From Octopus sinensis (Eukaryota), in assembly GCF_006345805.1 (NCBI RefSeq), contig NC_043014.1:33356001-33420000 (forward strand): a stretch of 64,000 nt of DNA, read 5' to 3'. Both the position numbers and the translations under genes were made by a program. Shown here one piece after another: positions 12,867-25,208 of the stretch (position 1 is its first letter; each line of letters opens with the position of its first letter). The notes under the pieces were generated by a model. It made no database searches. It was not told where the DNA came from and saw only the letters and a program-made list of their open reading frames with translations.

Positions 12867-13142
12867 TATATGAATATGTATTCTTTTATTTTTGCTTCAG
12901 CCATGTGGCTGTGGTCAAGTTGGAGTACCACCATATATATATATGTCGCCATGATAGATCGATAGCTACTACACACATTTTTTCTATCCATGTTTTTTCT
13001 GTGTCCCTTTCTGTAGAAGAGCGTAGGCTCGGAATGTAAAAGACTTTTTCTATTCCTGAGCGTTATACTAATACATCTGTTTGTTTTATACACCACCTGT
13101 CTTCGTCTTTTGTTTTTTTCGTAAACTCTCCCTACACACACA

Positions 13143-13191
<49 letters not shown>

Positions 13192-13240
13192 TACATACAT
13201 ACATATCTGCATATATATATATATATATATATATATAGGC

Positions 13241-13271
<31 letters not shown>

Positions 13272-13441
13272 CATATAATATTTGCAGCTTTAATAAATTG
13301 TTATAGTATGAAACAATTGTACTAATTTTACCGGATCCATTCTTGTTGCTTATTTTTTGGTTATATATATATATATATATACACACACACATGTACATAC
13401 ACACATATACATATGTGTGTGTGTGTATGTATATATATGCA

Positions 13442-13814
13442 CAGGCATGGGTGTGTGGTATGAAGCTTGCTTCCCAACCACATGGTTCCACCTTAGGCAA
13501 GTGTTTTCTACTATAGACTTGGGCCAACCAAAGCCTTGTGAATAGATTTGGTAGATGAAAACTGAAAGAAGCCCATCGTATGTGTTTATATATATATATA
13601 TGTTTGTGCCTGTGTTTGTTCCCCACCAACGTTTGACAACTGGTGTTGGTGTGTTTATATCCCCTTAAGCTAATTGTTCGGCAAAAGAGACCGACAGAAT
13701 GAGTACCAGGCTTAAAAAGGATAAATGCAGAGGCCTATTTATTCGACAAAAAATTCTTCAAGTCGGTGCCCCAGGACGGCTGCAGTCTAGTGACTGAAAC
13801 AAGTAAAAGGTGAT

Positions 13815-13815
<1 letters not shown>
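13442..13815 (+). mobile_element. SINE family A variant followed by (GATA)n
   Basis: Head caggcatgggtgtgtggtatgaagcttgcttccc, tail gactgaaacaagtaaaag. Confidence 0.85.
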
Positions 13816-13889
<74 letters not shown>

Positions 13890-13904
13890 AAGGTAGGTAG
13901 GTAG

Positions 13905-13936
<32 letters not shown>

Positions 13937-13957
13937 TGAGAGAGAAAGAGAGATATA

Positions 13958-14368
13958 GGATCTTTTCGGTTTGAACGGCAGTTTTTTCTAGCGGTGTCGT
14001 ATGAAATTGTCACCCATAATTACGACCCTAGTATCGATCTATTGCATTTCAATCTGTTTTAGGGTTAGGGGTGGGGGAAAGGGTATCTTTTTTCTTTAGA
14101 AAAGTAAATAAACCCAGTCTGTTTCTTAAACGAGGGACATATTCATACGGCACGGAATGTTTTCACCTCAATAGATGTCATTGATTGGTTGAAATTGCAG
14201 AAATTGAAGAAAAAAACAACAAATATCTTACAAACTATATAATTTTCTCAATAAAACCAAGAGAAAAAAATGTTTTATTTCGACACATTCTACTAGTATA
14301 CGAAGTTTAAAAGTGTTTAGTTAAATGGAAATTATTTTAAAAAACTGCCGGTCAAACCGAAAAGATCC
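13958..14368. mobile_element. MITE with ~29-bp TIRs and 8-bp TSD (Merlin- or hAT-like)
   Basis: gagatata|GGATCTTTTCGGTTTGAACGGCAGTTTTT ... AAAAACTGCCGGTCAAACCGAAAAGATCC|gagatata. Confidence 0.9.
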
Positions 14369-14497
14369 GAGATATAAACTCGCACACATACATACATATA
14401 TGCGCGCGTGTGTTAGGCATAACTATAGTTTGCTATCCCTTCATTTATATCGTTAAAGGCTCATATCGTTAAATAAACAATGAAAACATTCACTCAC

Positions 14498-14570
14498 GAT
14501 TCTCCTGACATGTTTTGTTCTTGTCGAAATAATTTGCCAAATAAATACTGAACAAAATGACTTTCTTCAA
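14498..14570 (-). CDS. Candidate upstream exon of minus-strand gene (LKKVILFSIYLANYFDKNKTCQEN); may instead be part of a first exon
   Basis: Consensus donor AATC|gtgagt and acceptor gtttcattcttag|. The 73-nt phase 0/1 frame joins the 6970 exon in frame. An alternative ATG at 14511 (MSGES) is out of phase with that exon. Confidence 0.4.
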
Positions 14571-15755
14571 CTAAGAATGAAACTGAAATTATTCAGTCTT
14601 TTTATCACTTTCTTGTTAACTTTGCTGATTTGATATTCTTCTATTCATTCACATGTTGATTGTTTATATCAAAACGAAACTAAGTGATGCGGTCTGGCCG
14701 CAAACATCAGTCAATAATATTATGTGCGGCAGACGACCGGAAAAAAACACATATAAAGACACATTGATACATTGACACATACACTTACTCCCAGCCTCTC
14801 TCTTTGTCTCTGTCTATCTCTAAGCCTTTCTCTCAGTCTCTTTCTCTCCCTCTCTTTATCTCACTCTCTTGCTCTATCTATCTCTACTGCACACACGTAT
14901 GCATATACAACACAAGAAACCACACACACACACACACACACGCACACACATACGTATGTACATACAAACATACGCGCACATCCTCTCCCTCTCTCTCTCT
15001 CTGTCGTGCTCTCTCACTCACCTCACACGCACAAACACACACATGCACATACACATACATATGCCTTTACAAACACGCCCGCACACATTCTTTCTCCCTT
15101 TCTCACTTAGCCTCCCTCTTTTCCTCTCTTCCTCTTTCTTTCTTTCTTTCTTTCTCCCTTTGCCCCCCTCTTTTCCTCCCTTCCTCTCTTCCTCTTTCTT
15201 TCTTTCTCTCTTTCACTTCCATCTCCCTCTTCCTCTTGCACTTCAAAGACGCGCTTCTTTGAACAGGTGTAAAACTGAATGAATGCATGTGTATGTCCGT
15301 GCATGCATGCAAGCGTGTGTGTGTGTGTGTGAGAGAGAGAGAGCGCGCGCGCTTATGTGTGCGCAGGCGCATGCATGGATTAGCGTGTGGTAGGAGGGAA
15401 TGTTTGTATGCATGCGTATTTGTGTGTTCCCACCTCTTCCCCCTCTTCCTCTCTTTCTCTCTCTATACTTATTTGTTTTCTGGTTGGTTAATTGATTGAT
15501 TGTCACGGAAATAAATATTACTGTCACTATGTTACAACAACAATTATCAAACAAGACATCATCGCAACCACCAGCAGCGCTCCGAGTCGTATCATCACTT
15601 CCACCACCGTCACCACCACCACCACCAACAACACCGTTACATCCATCTCTTGTAAACATCATCACCATAGTCACCACTTATTGCAGAACTAATTCGATGC
15701 ACACAAACACTTAACTTCACTACTATCACCGCAACCAATCAACCAGGACCCTTCG

Positions 15756-15818
<63 letters not shown>

Positions 15819-15839
15819 TTGCCATCTTTTTTTTATTAA

Positions 15840-18285
15840 TCCTTTCTTCTCCTAGGACACAAAGGCCTGAAATTTTGTTTTGGTGTAGGAGGAGCCTAGT
15901 CGATTATATCGACCCCTGAAAGGTAAAGTCGAACTTGGCAGATTTTAAACTCAGAACGTAAAAACCGGAAAAAAATGTCGCTAAGCATTTTGTTCGTCCT
16001 GCTAATGATTCTCGTTTTCTCTTTATTAAACCCTTCTACTATCATAAGCCAGTGCTCCTCAAGACGATGGCAGGTGTACCGCAGTGTAACCTATTTCTTA
16101 ACTACCCACAAGGGGCTAAACACAGAGAGGACAAACAAGGATAGACAAACGGATTAAGTCTATTATATCGACTCCAGTGCGTAACTGGTACTTATTTAAT
16201 CGACCCCTAAAGGATGAAAGGCGAAGACGACCTCGGCAGAATTTGAACTCAGAACGTAGCGGCAGACGAAATACCTATTTCTTTACTACCCACAAGGGGC
16301 TACACACAGAGAGGACAAACAAGGACAGACAAACGGATTAAGTCGATTATATCGACCCCAGTGTGTAACTGGTACTTATTTAATCGACCCCTAAAGGATG
16401 AAAGGCAAAGACGACCTCGGCGGAATTTGAACTCAGAACGTAGCGGCAGACAAAATACCTATTTCTTTATTACCCACAAGGGGATAAACACAGAGAGAAC
16501 AAACAAGGACAGACAAACGGATTAAGTCGATTATATCGACCCCAGTGTGTAACTGGTACTTATTTAATAGACCTCGAAAGGATGAAAGGCAAAGAATTTG
16601 AACTCAGAACGTAGCGGCAGACGAATTACGGTTACGCATTTCGCCCGGCGTGCTAACGTTTCTGCCAGCTCACCGCCTTAAAGGCTAAGTGTACCGCTAG
16701 TGAGAAAAGGTTGTGGAGCATTGCTATAAGTATAAGGCCTGAAAATTTGTGTAGAGGGAGTGGGATACTCGATTACATCGACCCCAGTGCTCAACTGGTA
16801 CTTACTTTATCAACCCCGAAAGGATTAAAGGCAAAGTCAACTTAGGCGGAATTTGAATTAAGAATGTAAAAACGGACCAAGTGCCGCTAAGTATTTTGTC
16901 CGTGGCACAAATGATTCTGCCAGCTCACCTCTTTATTAATTGTTTCAAATTTTGGCATAAGGACAGCAATTTTACCGGAGGGAGGGATAAATAGGTTACA
17001 TCGATTCTCGGTGTTCAGTCGCGAAAGGAAGAAAAGTGAAGTCGATCTCGGCAGACTTCGAACTCTCAGAACGTAAAAGAGGAAGATGTGCCGCTAAGCA
17101 TTTTGTCCATCGTACTAACGACTCTTCCAACTCGCTTTTTTTTTTATTTATGAAAAAGGAAGAATAGAGTTCGCATCCGTGTAGCTCTTATTACTTCCTC
17201 ATATTGGTTTCAAATTTTGGCGAAGGCCAGCAATTTCGGGAGAGGGGTAAGTCAATTACATCGAACCCCACCCCCGCCAATCCGTGCTCAATTGGTAACT
17301 ATTTTATCGACCCCGAAAGGATTAAAGGCAAAGTCGACCTCGGCGGAATTTGAACTCAGAACATAAAAGACAGACAAAATGCCGCTAAGCATTTTGCCCA
17401 GCGTGCTAACGGTTCTGCCAGCTCACCGCCTAATTACTTCCTCATATCGCTGGTGAAGTTTATATTTTAATTTTATTTATAAAATATGACAATTTGTTGG
17501 CCCTCTTTTTGCTCGATCCTCACAGCCCCCATCCTATGAGAAAAACTGACCTATATCCACCACCACCACCACCATCGTCACCATAAAACCACCAAATATC
17601 CCCACCATTATCACGTACCACCACCACCACCACCACCGCAACAACAATCATTACCGCTAAAATTATTACCACCATCAACAACACTTGCCCCAACCATCAC
17701 TACCATTATAACTGCATATACGACCATCACACCATCACCACTCACTACCACATACCACCATCTGCACTATCATCACCACATACGACCACAACCATCTCTA
17801 CCATTCTTACCACAAATGCTACCATTACCGTTACCATATACCATCACCATATACCATCACCACCGCCATTTACCATCACTACCACCGATACCATCACCGC
17901 CATCACAAGCCGCCACCCCGGTATCACTACATATTACCACTACCATCGCCATTACCACATACCATCACTGCCACGTACCACCAGTACGACAATCACATGC
18001 CTCTTCCACCACCACCACCACCACCAATACCGTTATCAATATCAAATACATATTTCTTTACTACCCACAAGGGGCTAAACACAGAGAGGACAAACAAGGA
18101 CAGACAAACGGATTAAGTCGATTATATCGACCCCAGTTGCTAACTGGTACTTATTTAATCGACCCCGAAAGTATGAAAGGGCAAAGTCGAGCTCGGCGGA
18201 ACTTGAACTCAGAACGTAGCGGCAGACGAAATACTGCTGAGCATTTCGCCCGGCGTGCTAACGATTCTGCCAGCTCGCCGCCCTA
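15840..18285 (-). mobile_element. Cluster of family-B SINEs including a head-to-tail trimer (16090-16680), interrupted by (CCA/CAC)n low complexity at 17560-18030
   Basis: Repeated gtcgacctcggcggaatttgaactcagaacg / cgaccccgaaaggatgaaaggcaaag core. Confidence 0.9.
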
Positions 18286-19677
18286 AGAGGTTTGTGTGTT
18301 GCTCTGTCCATGTCTTTACCCACAAGACCATTGAGACAGCTATCAATATCAAATACCATCACGACCACCAATATTTAATAATTACAAAAGGTAGTATATG
18401 ATAATATCGGTGGAGTGTCTTGGAGTATTTAGTTACATCCCTATACACTTTGAGTTTAAATCCAATCGGGATCAACTTGCCTTTCCGTCCTTTCAGCGTC
18501 GGTAGAATAGAGTACCCGTTGATATAAGGATAAAATAGGGTACCAGGACCGTGATAATGCTTATAAGAACAGCGGTATCAGTAGCTGTAGCGACAATAGC
18601 AGTAGCAGCAGCAGACGTTCAAGAATTTGGACCTGTAGATCTCCATTTCCAGCGACTTCGAGGGCCACCTCCCAGTGGTGTCGGGCGTCAACGAAGAGCC
18701 CTCGACTACAACAAGACGACCAAAGTTTTTATTTTTCCAAGGTCTGGGGTCTCCCGCCCCTAAGCCCTAGACCATCACCTAATCACTCTTACCCGTCTTG
18801 TTGCTTAACAACAACAACAACAACAACAACAGCAGCAGCACCACCACCACCAAGAACGAGTGAATGAGCGAGGTTTTTACGCGGTCATTCGGACCTAATA
18901 CAAAAAGCGATATCAAATGCACCTTCAGATCACACCATGTCGTTTAAAATACGAGAAAGACAAATTAAATAAAATATTTCCTAGATACTCGCCCACCACC
19001 ACTACGCAAATCAAAAGAAAAAGACGTGATGGTCGGCACTGGACTGTCGTCTTTGACCGTTAGTCTACTCGATCAGAGTCGATTTGCAGCTGAACAACAT
19101 CAAGAACAACTAAATCAACATCAACAGTATCAGAAATAACAACAACATTACTATCATCATCTTGGATCAATGAATCAATAGAAACAACACCAAAACAAAA
19201 TGTATTACCACCGCTATCACGTCATTAAACACAGCCAACACTAGAGTCCATCAATTTCTTTTAAAATCCATATGAAAAAATAAAATTTTTTAAGCCTTTA
19301 ACACCTAAAAACTAACTTTAGTAGCATTCTGTAAATCTTTTCATAATGTGGATATACTGTAGAAAGCCATAAAACTGAAGTATTCGTTTCGAGAAAACAT
19401 CTAATATTGACGTATAGTGCTATAAAAACAGAATTATATCAGTAGTAGACAAAAAGCGTGATCGCTCGAAGTATGTATCACTGTTGGACCTTTCTTGTTG
19501 GGAGAAAGCTGCATGTAGAATAACTGAAGTAAACTCGCGAACATTTAACTTGATATCTATTGCCAGACATAATGATATTTGGTGTTGGCTAATTGAAACA
19601 AACGATATTAATAACTGCCGAATGAGAGGTTAGGAAAACTGTTCTGAAAATATAGAAAGCTATCTGTACAACATCAC

Positions 19678-19928
19678 GTGGAGGCACATGGCCTAGTGGT
19701 TAGAGCAGCGGATTCGCGATCGAGGGATCGCGGGTTCGAATCTCAGACCGGGCGATGTGTGTGTTTATGAGCGAATCACCTAAGCTCCACGCGGCTCCGG
19801 CAGAAGGTAATGGCGAAACTTCTGCTGACTCTTTCGCCACAACTTTCTCTCACTCTTTCCTCCTGCATCACCTATATGCCAAGGAAACCGGCCCTTATGA
19901 GCCAGGTATGGCTCGAGAAGGAACAAAC
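19678..19928 (+). mobile_element. SINE family C
   Basis: A/B boxes tggcctagtgg / ggttcgaatc; TSD gtacaacatca. Confidence 0.9.
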
Positions 19929-20574
19929 GTACAACATCATGCGTTCAATCCCAAAATCCACGAAGTCATCTGCGTAAATCTCCGACAAGATCTGTGGTGT
20001 CAGCGGTCCGTTGGCCACTCGCCTGGCAAGAGTGGAGGTGGATGAGTCAGTCTCCCGCCTTCAACTCTCTGCAACGTGTTTAGCGTCCAAAACGGTTTTT
20101 ATAGGGAACGAAAAGTCAAATTGTAGAACATTCGAGAAAACTATATAACTCACCAGCCTCACGCTAATTGGTCGATTTATAATCCAGTTACGTGAAACTG
20201 TGGTCGTTCACACGTGGTGTCTGACTGAGTATCTAGCGGTTAGGTTTCGAATCCTTGCTACAAGCGTTTTGCAGCGGCAGTGGAATTGCTAGAAATAGAT
20301 TTCTGCTTTTTTGAGGGCCATCGGGTAAGACAAACAGAATGCTATTTTAAACTAATACTACTTCCGTCTCTAATAACGAGTCTTTTATCCGGCCTGCCGG
20401 CTATTTGCAATCCTGGTGTTTTTTAATCACTGTTTTTTATACATCAGTTGAAGTTGCATTTGTCTACGCATGCGATTGCAAGTAAATACTTGCAACTGAT
20501 AATGCTCAAAGAAGCAGAAATATGGATTTAGTAATTCCACTGTTGTTGACAAACGCTTTTCATCTGCTACTCTC

Positions 20575-20942
20575 TTTACTCTTTTACTTGTTTCAGTCAT
20601 TTGACTGCGGCCATGCTGGAGCACCGCCTTTTAGTCGAGCAAATCGACCCCAGGACTTATTCTTTGTAAGCCTAGTACTTATTCTATCGTTCTCTTTTGC
20701 CGAACCGCTAAGTAACGGGGACGTAAACATACCAGCATCGGTTGTCAAGCGATGTTGGGGGGACAAACACAGACACACAAACACACAAACACACACACAT
20801 ATACATATATACGACAGGCTTCTTTCAGTTTCCGTCTACCAAATCCACTCACAAGGCTTTGGTCGGCCCGATGCTGGTGCCACGCAGTGAGACTGAACCC
20901 GGAACCGTGTGGTTGGTAAGCAAGCTACTTACCACACAGCCG
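20575..20942 (-). mobile_element. SINE family A
   Basis: Colinear with 6222-6658, with CpGs retained. Confidence 0.9.
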
Positions 20943-21254
20943 TGTTCTTTTAATGTTATACATCCATACGAAATGCTTCCTCGAGACGACTACCGCAAGA
21001 TTTCCACATTAAGTAAGATATATAGAAGACTATTTTAAACTAATACTACTTCGATTGCTTATAACGAACTAACTTTTGTAGTTTGGAGTGCTCTACGCTT
21101 GAAACCGGGAGCTGGCTGACGTACATATCTATGTCTCCTTACAAATCAATGAATTTATAAAATTAAAAATTCGTCATTTTTTTCAGCACAGCTGTGATCC
21201 CACCATAGCTTCTTATACATTTGTGATTGGACTCTGGTACTGAAAAAATGGTAT

Positions 21255-21602
21255 TACTACTTAAGAAGAGTGGTCCCGGTGCGCACTAGCTAGTCGTGAC
21301 TAGTCGATCCTACAACGACTACCTAGCAAAGTAAATAAAACTCAAAATAAATAATTTTTTTACACAAACTAAATAATTTTTTAAAAAAAGTAAATAAAAC
21401 ACAAAATAAATTTTTTTTACAAAAAGTTAATCATTTTTTAAAAACAAAGTAAATAAAACACAAGAACACAAAGTAAATAATTTTATTAAACAAAGTAAAT
21501 AAAACACAAAAACACAAAGTAAGGATTGACTAGTCACGACTAGCTAGCGTGGTTGAGCGAGTACGCGAGTGCGCGCACCGGGACCACTTTTCATAAGTAG
21601 TA
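21255..21602. mobile_element. MITE with long TIRs, TA flanks and internal minisatellite
   Basis: TA|CTACTTAAGAAGAGTGGTCCCGGTGCGC..CTAGCTAGTCGTGACTAGTC is mirrored at the right end; internal aaagtaaataaaacacaa repeats. Confidence 0.85.
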
Positions 21603-22559
21603 CCAAAAATGGTTCCCACACCATCACTATGCTATTAACCATACACGGTGGATTGTCAAAGTTACGAGTGTTGGAATACATGAGGCGTTTAGTAACAGAA
21701 TGTCTTAAGCGCTAACCCGGCCATTTTCGAGTTTAGTATATCATTTTCTTTGTCTCAACGTCTAGAATCCGAAAAAGTTGGGAGGAAGAACCGGTGAGGT
21801 TTGCAATAAGGTCGAAAATCCAGCTGAAAAAAAAAAGTACCTCGACGTTATTGACAGGATGCCCGCTCACCCAAACTCGGACCAGAGGGTTTAGTAACAC
21901 GCCATCGTAAGCACACACGCTCAAGCAATCACTGTGGTGTGATCCTTGTATCGTTTTTCGAGGTGTTATGGCTCATTTTTTAATATTCCTCGTTACCGTC
22001 GTAACAAGGAATATGCTATTAACAATAATGGGCTATTATCTTAATCTCTTGTCTTACTTACCTCTTAAATTTACTTACCTTCGTATATTAAAACACAAAC
22101 AATACCTTTGGTGGGGGAGGGTCTTTGTATGTTTTTTTCTTGGTATTATGGCTAAAATATGCAATGCGATACACCGTTTGGTAGTACCGGTATATTCTAC
22201 AAAATGAGAAAAACGCAGTCATTGATTCATCTTTCAGTTGTTTACATAAATAAATAATTTTACATGGATGGAATAGAGGAAGTCTTCACGGTCATATCAC
22301 GTCGATGACGTAGTCTGCATATGCTGAAACGGTCTTCATGCATACTAATTCGATCGGGATTGAATCTCTCGTCCCCCTACCTGCCGCGGTAGTGGTTTAA
22401 TCCGTTGTCTGTTCTTGTTTGTCTCCTCTATGTTTAGCCCCTTGTGGGCAATAAAGAAATAAGAAACAGCCAAGTTTCTGAAAACGAGACCGAAATCAAC
22501 TGCACTTAGGACAGCTGCTAATTAGTGGTGGGCAACTCTATTGAAAGCTTTAACTTAAT

Positions 22560-22930
22560 CTAAATTAAAGCCTCGCCAAAATCAGTTTTATTACGCACAC
22601 ACACACTCTCTCTCTCCCTCTCTCTCTCTCAACGATGTAGCGCAAGAGGTGGAGACTGTCCTGAAAAGATCTGCAGGGAATTGCACCGGTCTGTGCCGTA
22701 ACGACAACACTATTAGCGTGAAGCGTTAGCTTGTCTGTGAGCTCCCTGACCCAAATCTTACACTTTGCATTTAGGCGAGTTATACACTCGAGACTATCAT
22801 TGATACTCCGCTCACCATTTTTTGTGTTTTTCCTCAGTAGCACTACCACTCTTCGACTCACACAGCAGGGAATGCACACAGTCTGTTGCCAATTGTAAAA
22901 GACGTCCACCGTTGTTAAGACTTGTATGTA
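22560..22930 (-). mobile_element. L1/Tx1-clade RT fragment
   Basis: ITRLNAKCKIWVRELTDKL..AQTGAIPCRSFQDSLHLLRYIVER resembles the RPITLLN..KIL..Q..F.PGR.I.DN RT N-terminal motifs. Confidence 0.7.
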
Positions 22931-23049
22931 AACACAGAGCTTGTTGAGCAGATCCGAAAACTGGTAATCTTCTTCTCACACAGACACTCATTGGCTTCTT
23001 CATTTAAACTGTCGTTATCGGCTTTTCATAGAACTTCCAATAAAAATAA

Positions 23050-23775
23050 ACCTTTCTACTATAGGCACAAGGTCAGGGATTTTGTCCGGCGGGCTAACGA
23101 TGGTGCCAACTTGTCACCTTTCTATAATAATAATAATAATAATAAAATAATAATAATAATAATAATATAATAATAATCCTTTTTACTATAAGCACAAGGC
23201 CTGAGATTTGGGGGCGGGGTTAAGTCGATTACATCGACCCCAGTACTTGACTGGAACTTACTTTGTCAACCTCAATAGGGTGAAAGGCGAAATCGACCTC
23301 GGCAGAATTTGAACTCAGAACGTAGCGGCAGACGAAATACCTATTTCTTTACTACCCACAAGAGGCCAAGCACAGAAGGGACAAACAAGGACAGACAAAC
23401 GGGTTAAGTCGATTACACCGACCCCAGTGCGTAACTGGTACTTAATCTATCGACCCCGAAAGGATGAAATGCAAAGTCGACCTCGGCGGAATTTGAACTC
23501 AGAACGTAGCGACAGACGAAATACCACTAAGCATTTCGCCCGGCGTGCTAACGATTCTGCCAGCTCGCCGCCTTAATAATAGAAATAATGGTTTCAAATT
23601 TTGGCACAAAGCCAACAATTCCAGGGAGGAGCTAAGTCGATTACCTCGACTCCAGTACTAAACTGGTACTTATTTCATTGACCACGAAAGGACGAAAGCA
23701 AAGTCGACCTCGGATGTAATACCGCTAAGCATTTCGTCCGGCGTGCTAACGATTCTACCAACTCCGTCGCCTTAA
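23050..23775 (-). mobile_element. Cluster of family-B SINEs
   Basis: Same core as 16090-16680; separated by (AAT)n. Confidence 0.9.
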
Positions 23776-24109
23776 TAATAATAATATAAAAAACACGACA
23801 CAAAGTTGAAAGACGGAAAAAGGGATAGAAAATTATATTCAATAAAAACTATAAAATTTCACATTGACCATATTAGGCCTCCAAGACAATGATTTGACTT
23901 AGTAGGAAGGTAAGAGGATACTATCTGTCGGAAGTCAACAAATGTAACTTGAGGATTCAATCGTTCAACCATACTAATCAGTAATATGAAGATAGCTTGT
24001 TTAATCGCACGCAGATACATACATATGTGCTATTATCGGTTTCCATGCTGAGGCACTACCATTAGTGCTAATTTTTGCGTTCACTTCCTGGTTCTGTCTC
24101 CATCATCAG

Positions 24110-24262
24110 GCCTGGTGAAGTAGTGAGTCGGACAGAGCTACATCCTTTACGTCTTGCCGTGTCGTGGGTTTATCTAATAAATCATATTAAAAACTTGAGT
24201 AATTGTTCTTTGAACATATCCACATGTACACCTTGCAGATTTCTGAGGCTTTTTGATAAGGC
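24110..24262 (-). mobile_element. CR1-like LINE ORF2 C-terminal fragment
   Basis: LSKSLRNLQGVHVDMFKEQLLKFL..PTTRQ..SDSLLHQA* resembles CR1-type C-termini. Confidence 0.55.
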
Positions 24263-24283
24263 ATATATATATATATGGCATAT

Positions 24284-24317
<34 letters not shown>

Positions 24318-24640
24318 AATATAAAATTAATAATTATATATATATAGGTCGCCTTGACCTTCGAACGTGGAGTAGATGAAACAAAGGCGACTGATGAAGG
24401 GGAATTTTCCTTGTTTTGTATGTCCTGTACTCTATTTTTTCGTTGTTTAAGAAAAATGTCCATTTCCTTGGTTTTGTGTTTATGTTTTCGTTTCTCATTG
24501 TGTTCGACGTTTTTTTGGGGGTCCTGTACCCATATATGCATGTATATATACATGTAGAGGTAGGTATGTACATATATGTATGTATATATGCATATGTTTT
24601 ATTCATTTATTAATTTATATATATATATATATATATATAT

Positions 24641-25208
24641 TATTTTTCATTCCTTTCGAGAGTTTATCCCTAATTAGTGGTTTGGACTGTTCTTTCTAGC
24701 GTAAAGGATTCCTATGATGGAAACGTCTTAATATGTTTAAATGTACACTGTATTTTATATGAATAATATATAGTCTATTGACTAATTTTTCTATACGCTA
24801 GGCCACTGGTAGTAAACAATTTTTAAATCTTTATTACCCTGGTATTATTAATTATGTATAATGATTTCTGGTAGATTCGTGCGACAAAAAAGACTGCGCT
24901 TGCGCAGTGGATTTGAAAAAATTAAAATGTATAAGCAATGAGACACATGCTGGATTGGTCTTGTTGTTTATATTTTAATCAATGGCGTCCCTATTGATGA
25001 AGACTTCGCCTGATAAATTATTTTTATTTACTAAAATAGGTCAGAAACCATGGTCCAGGAAAGAGATGGTAAATGTTTTAATTTTTCATTCCCTTCGAGA
25101 ATTTATCCCTAATTAGTAGTTTGAATTTTAGCTGTTCTTTCTAGCGTAACGGATTCCTATGATGAAAACCTCTTAATGTGTTTAAATGTATACTGTATTT
25201 TATATATA
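24641..25208 (+). mobile_element. Penelope-like pseudo-LTR unit with ~125-bp terminal direct repeat and a degenerate hammerhead
   Basis: 24641-24760 is repeated at 25081-25205; TTGATGA-agac...gtc-aGAAAC-CATG-GTC-cagga at 24988-25060. Confidence 0.65.

Noticed and set aside
17816-18286. 156-aa Pro/Thr/His-rich ORF
   Set aside because: Low-complexity (CCA)n sequence fused to an antisense SINE
24030-24112. Minus-strand CTGATGA ... GAAAC as another hammerhead
   Set aside because: CTGATGA coincides with the stop codons of the CR1-like ORF, and no convincing stems I or II form
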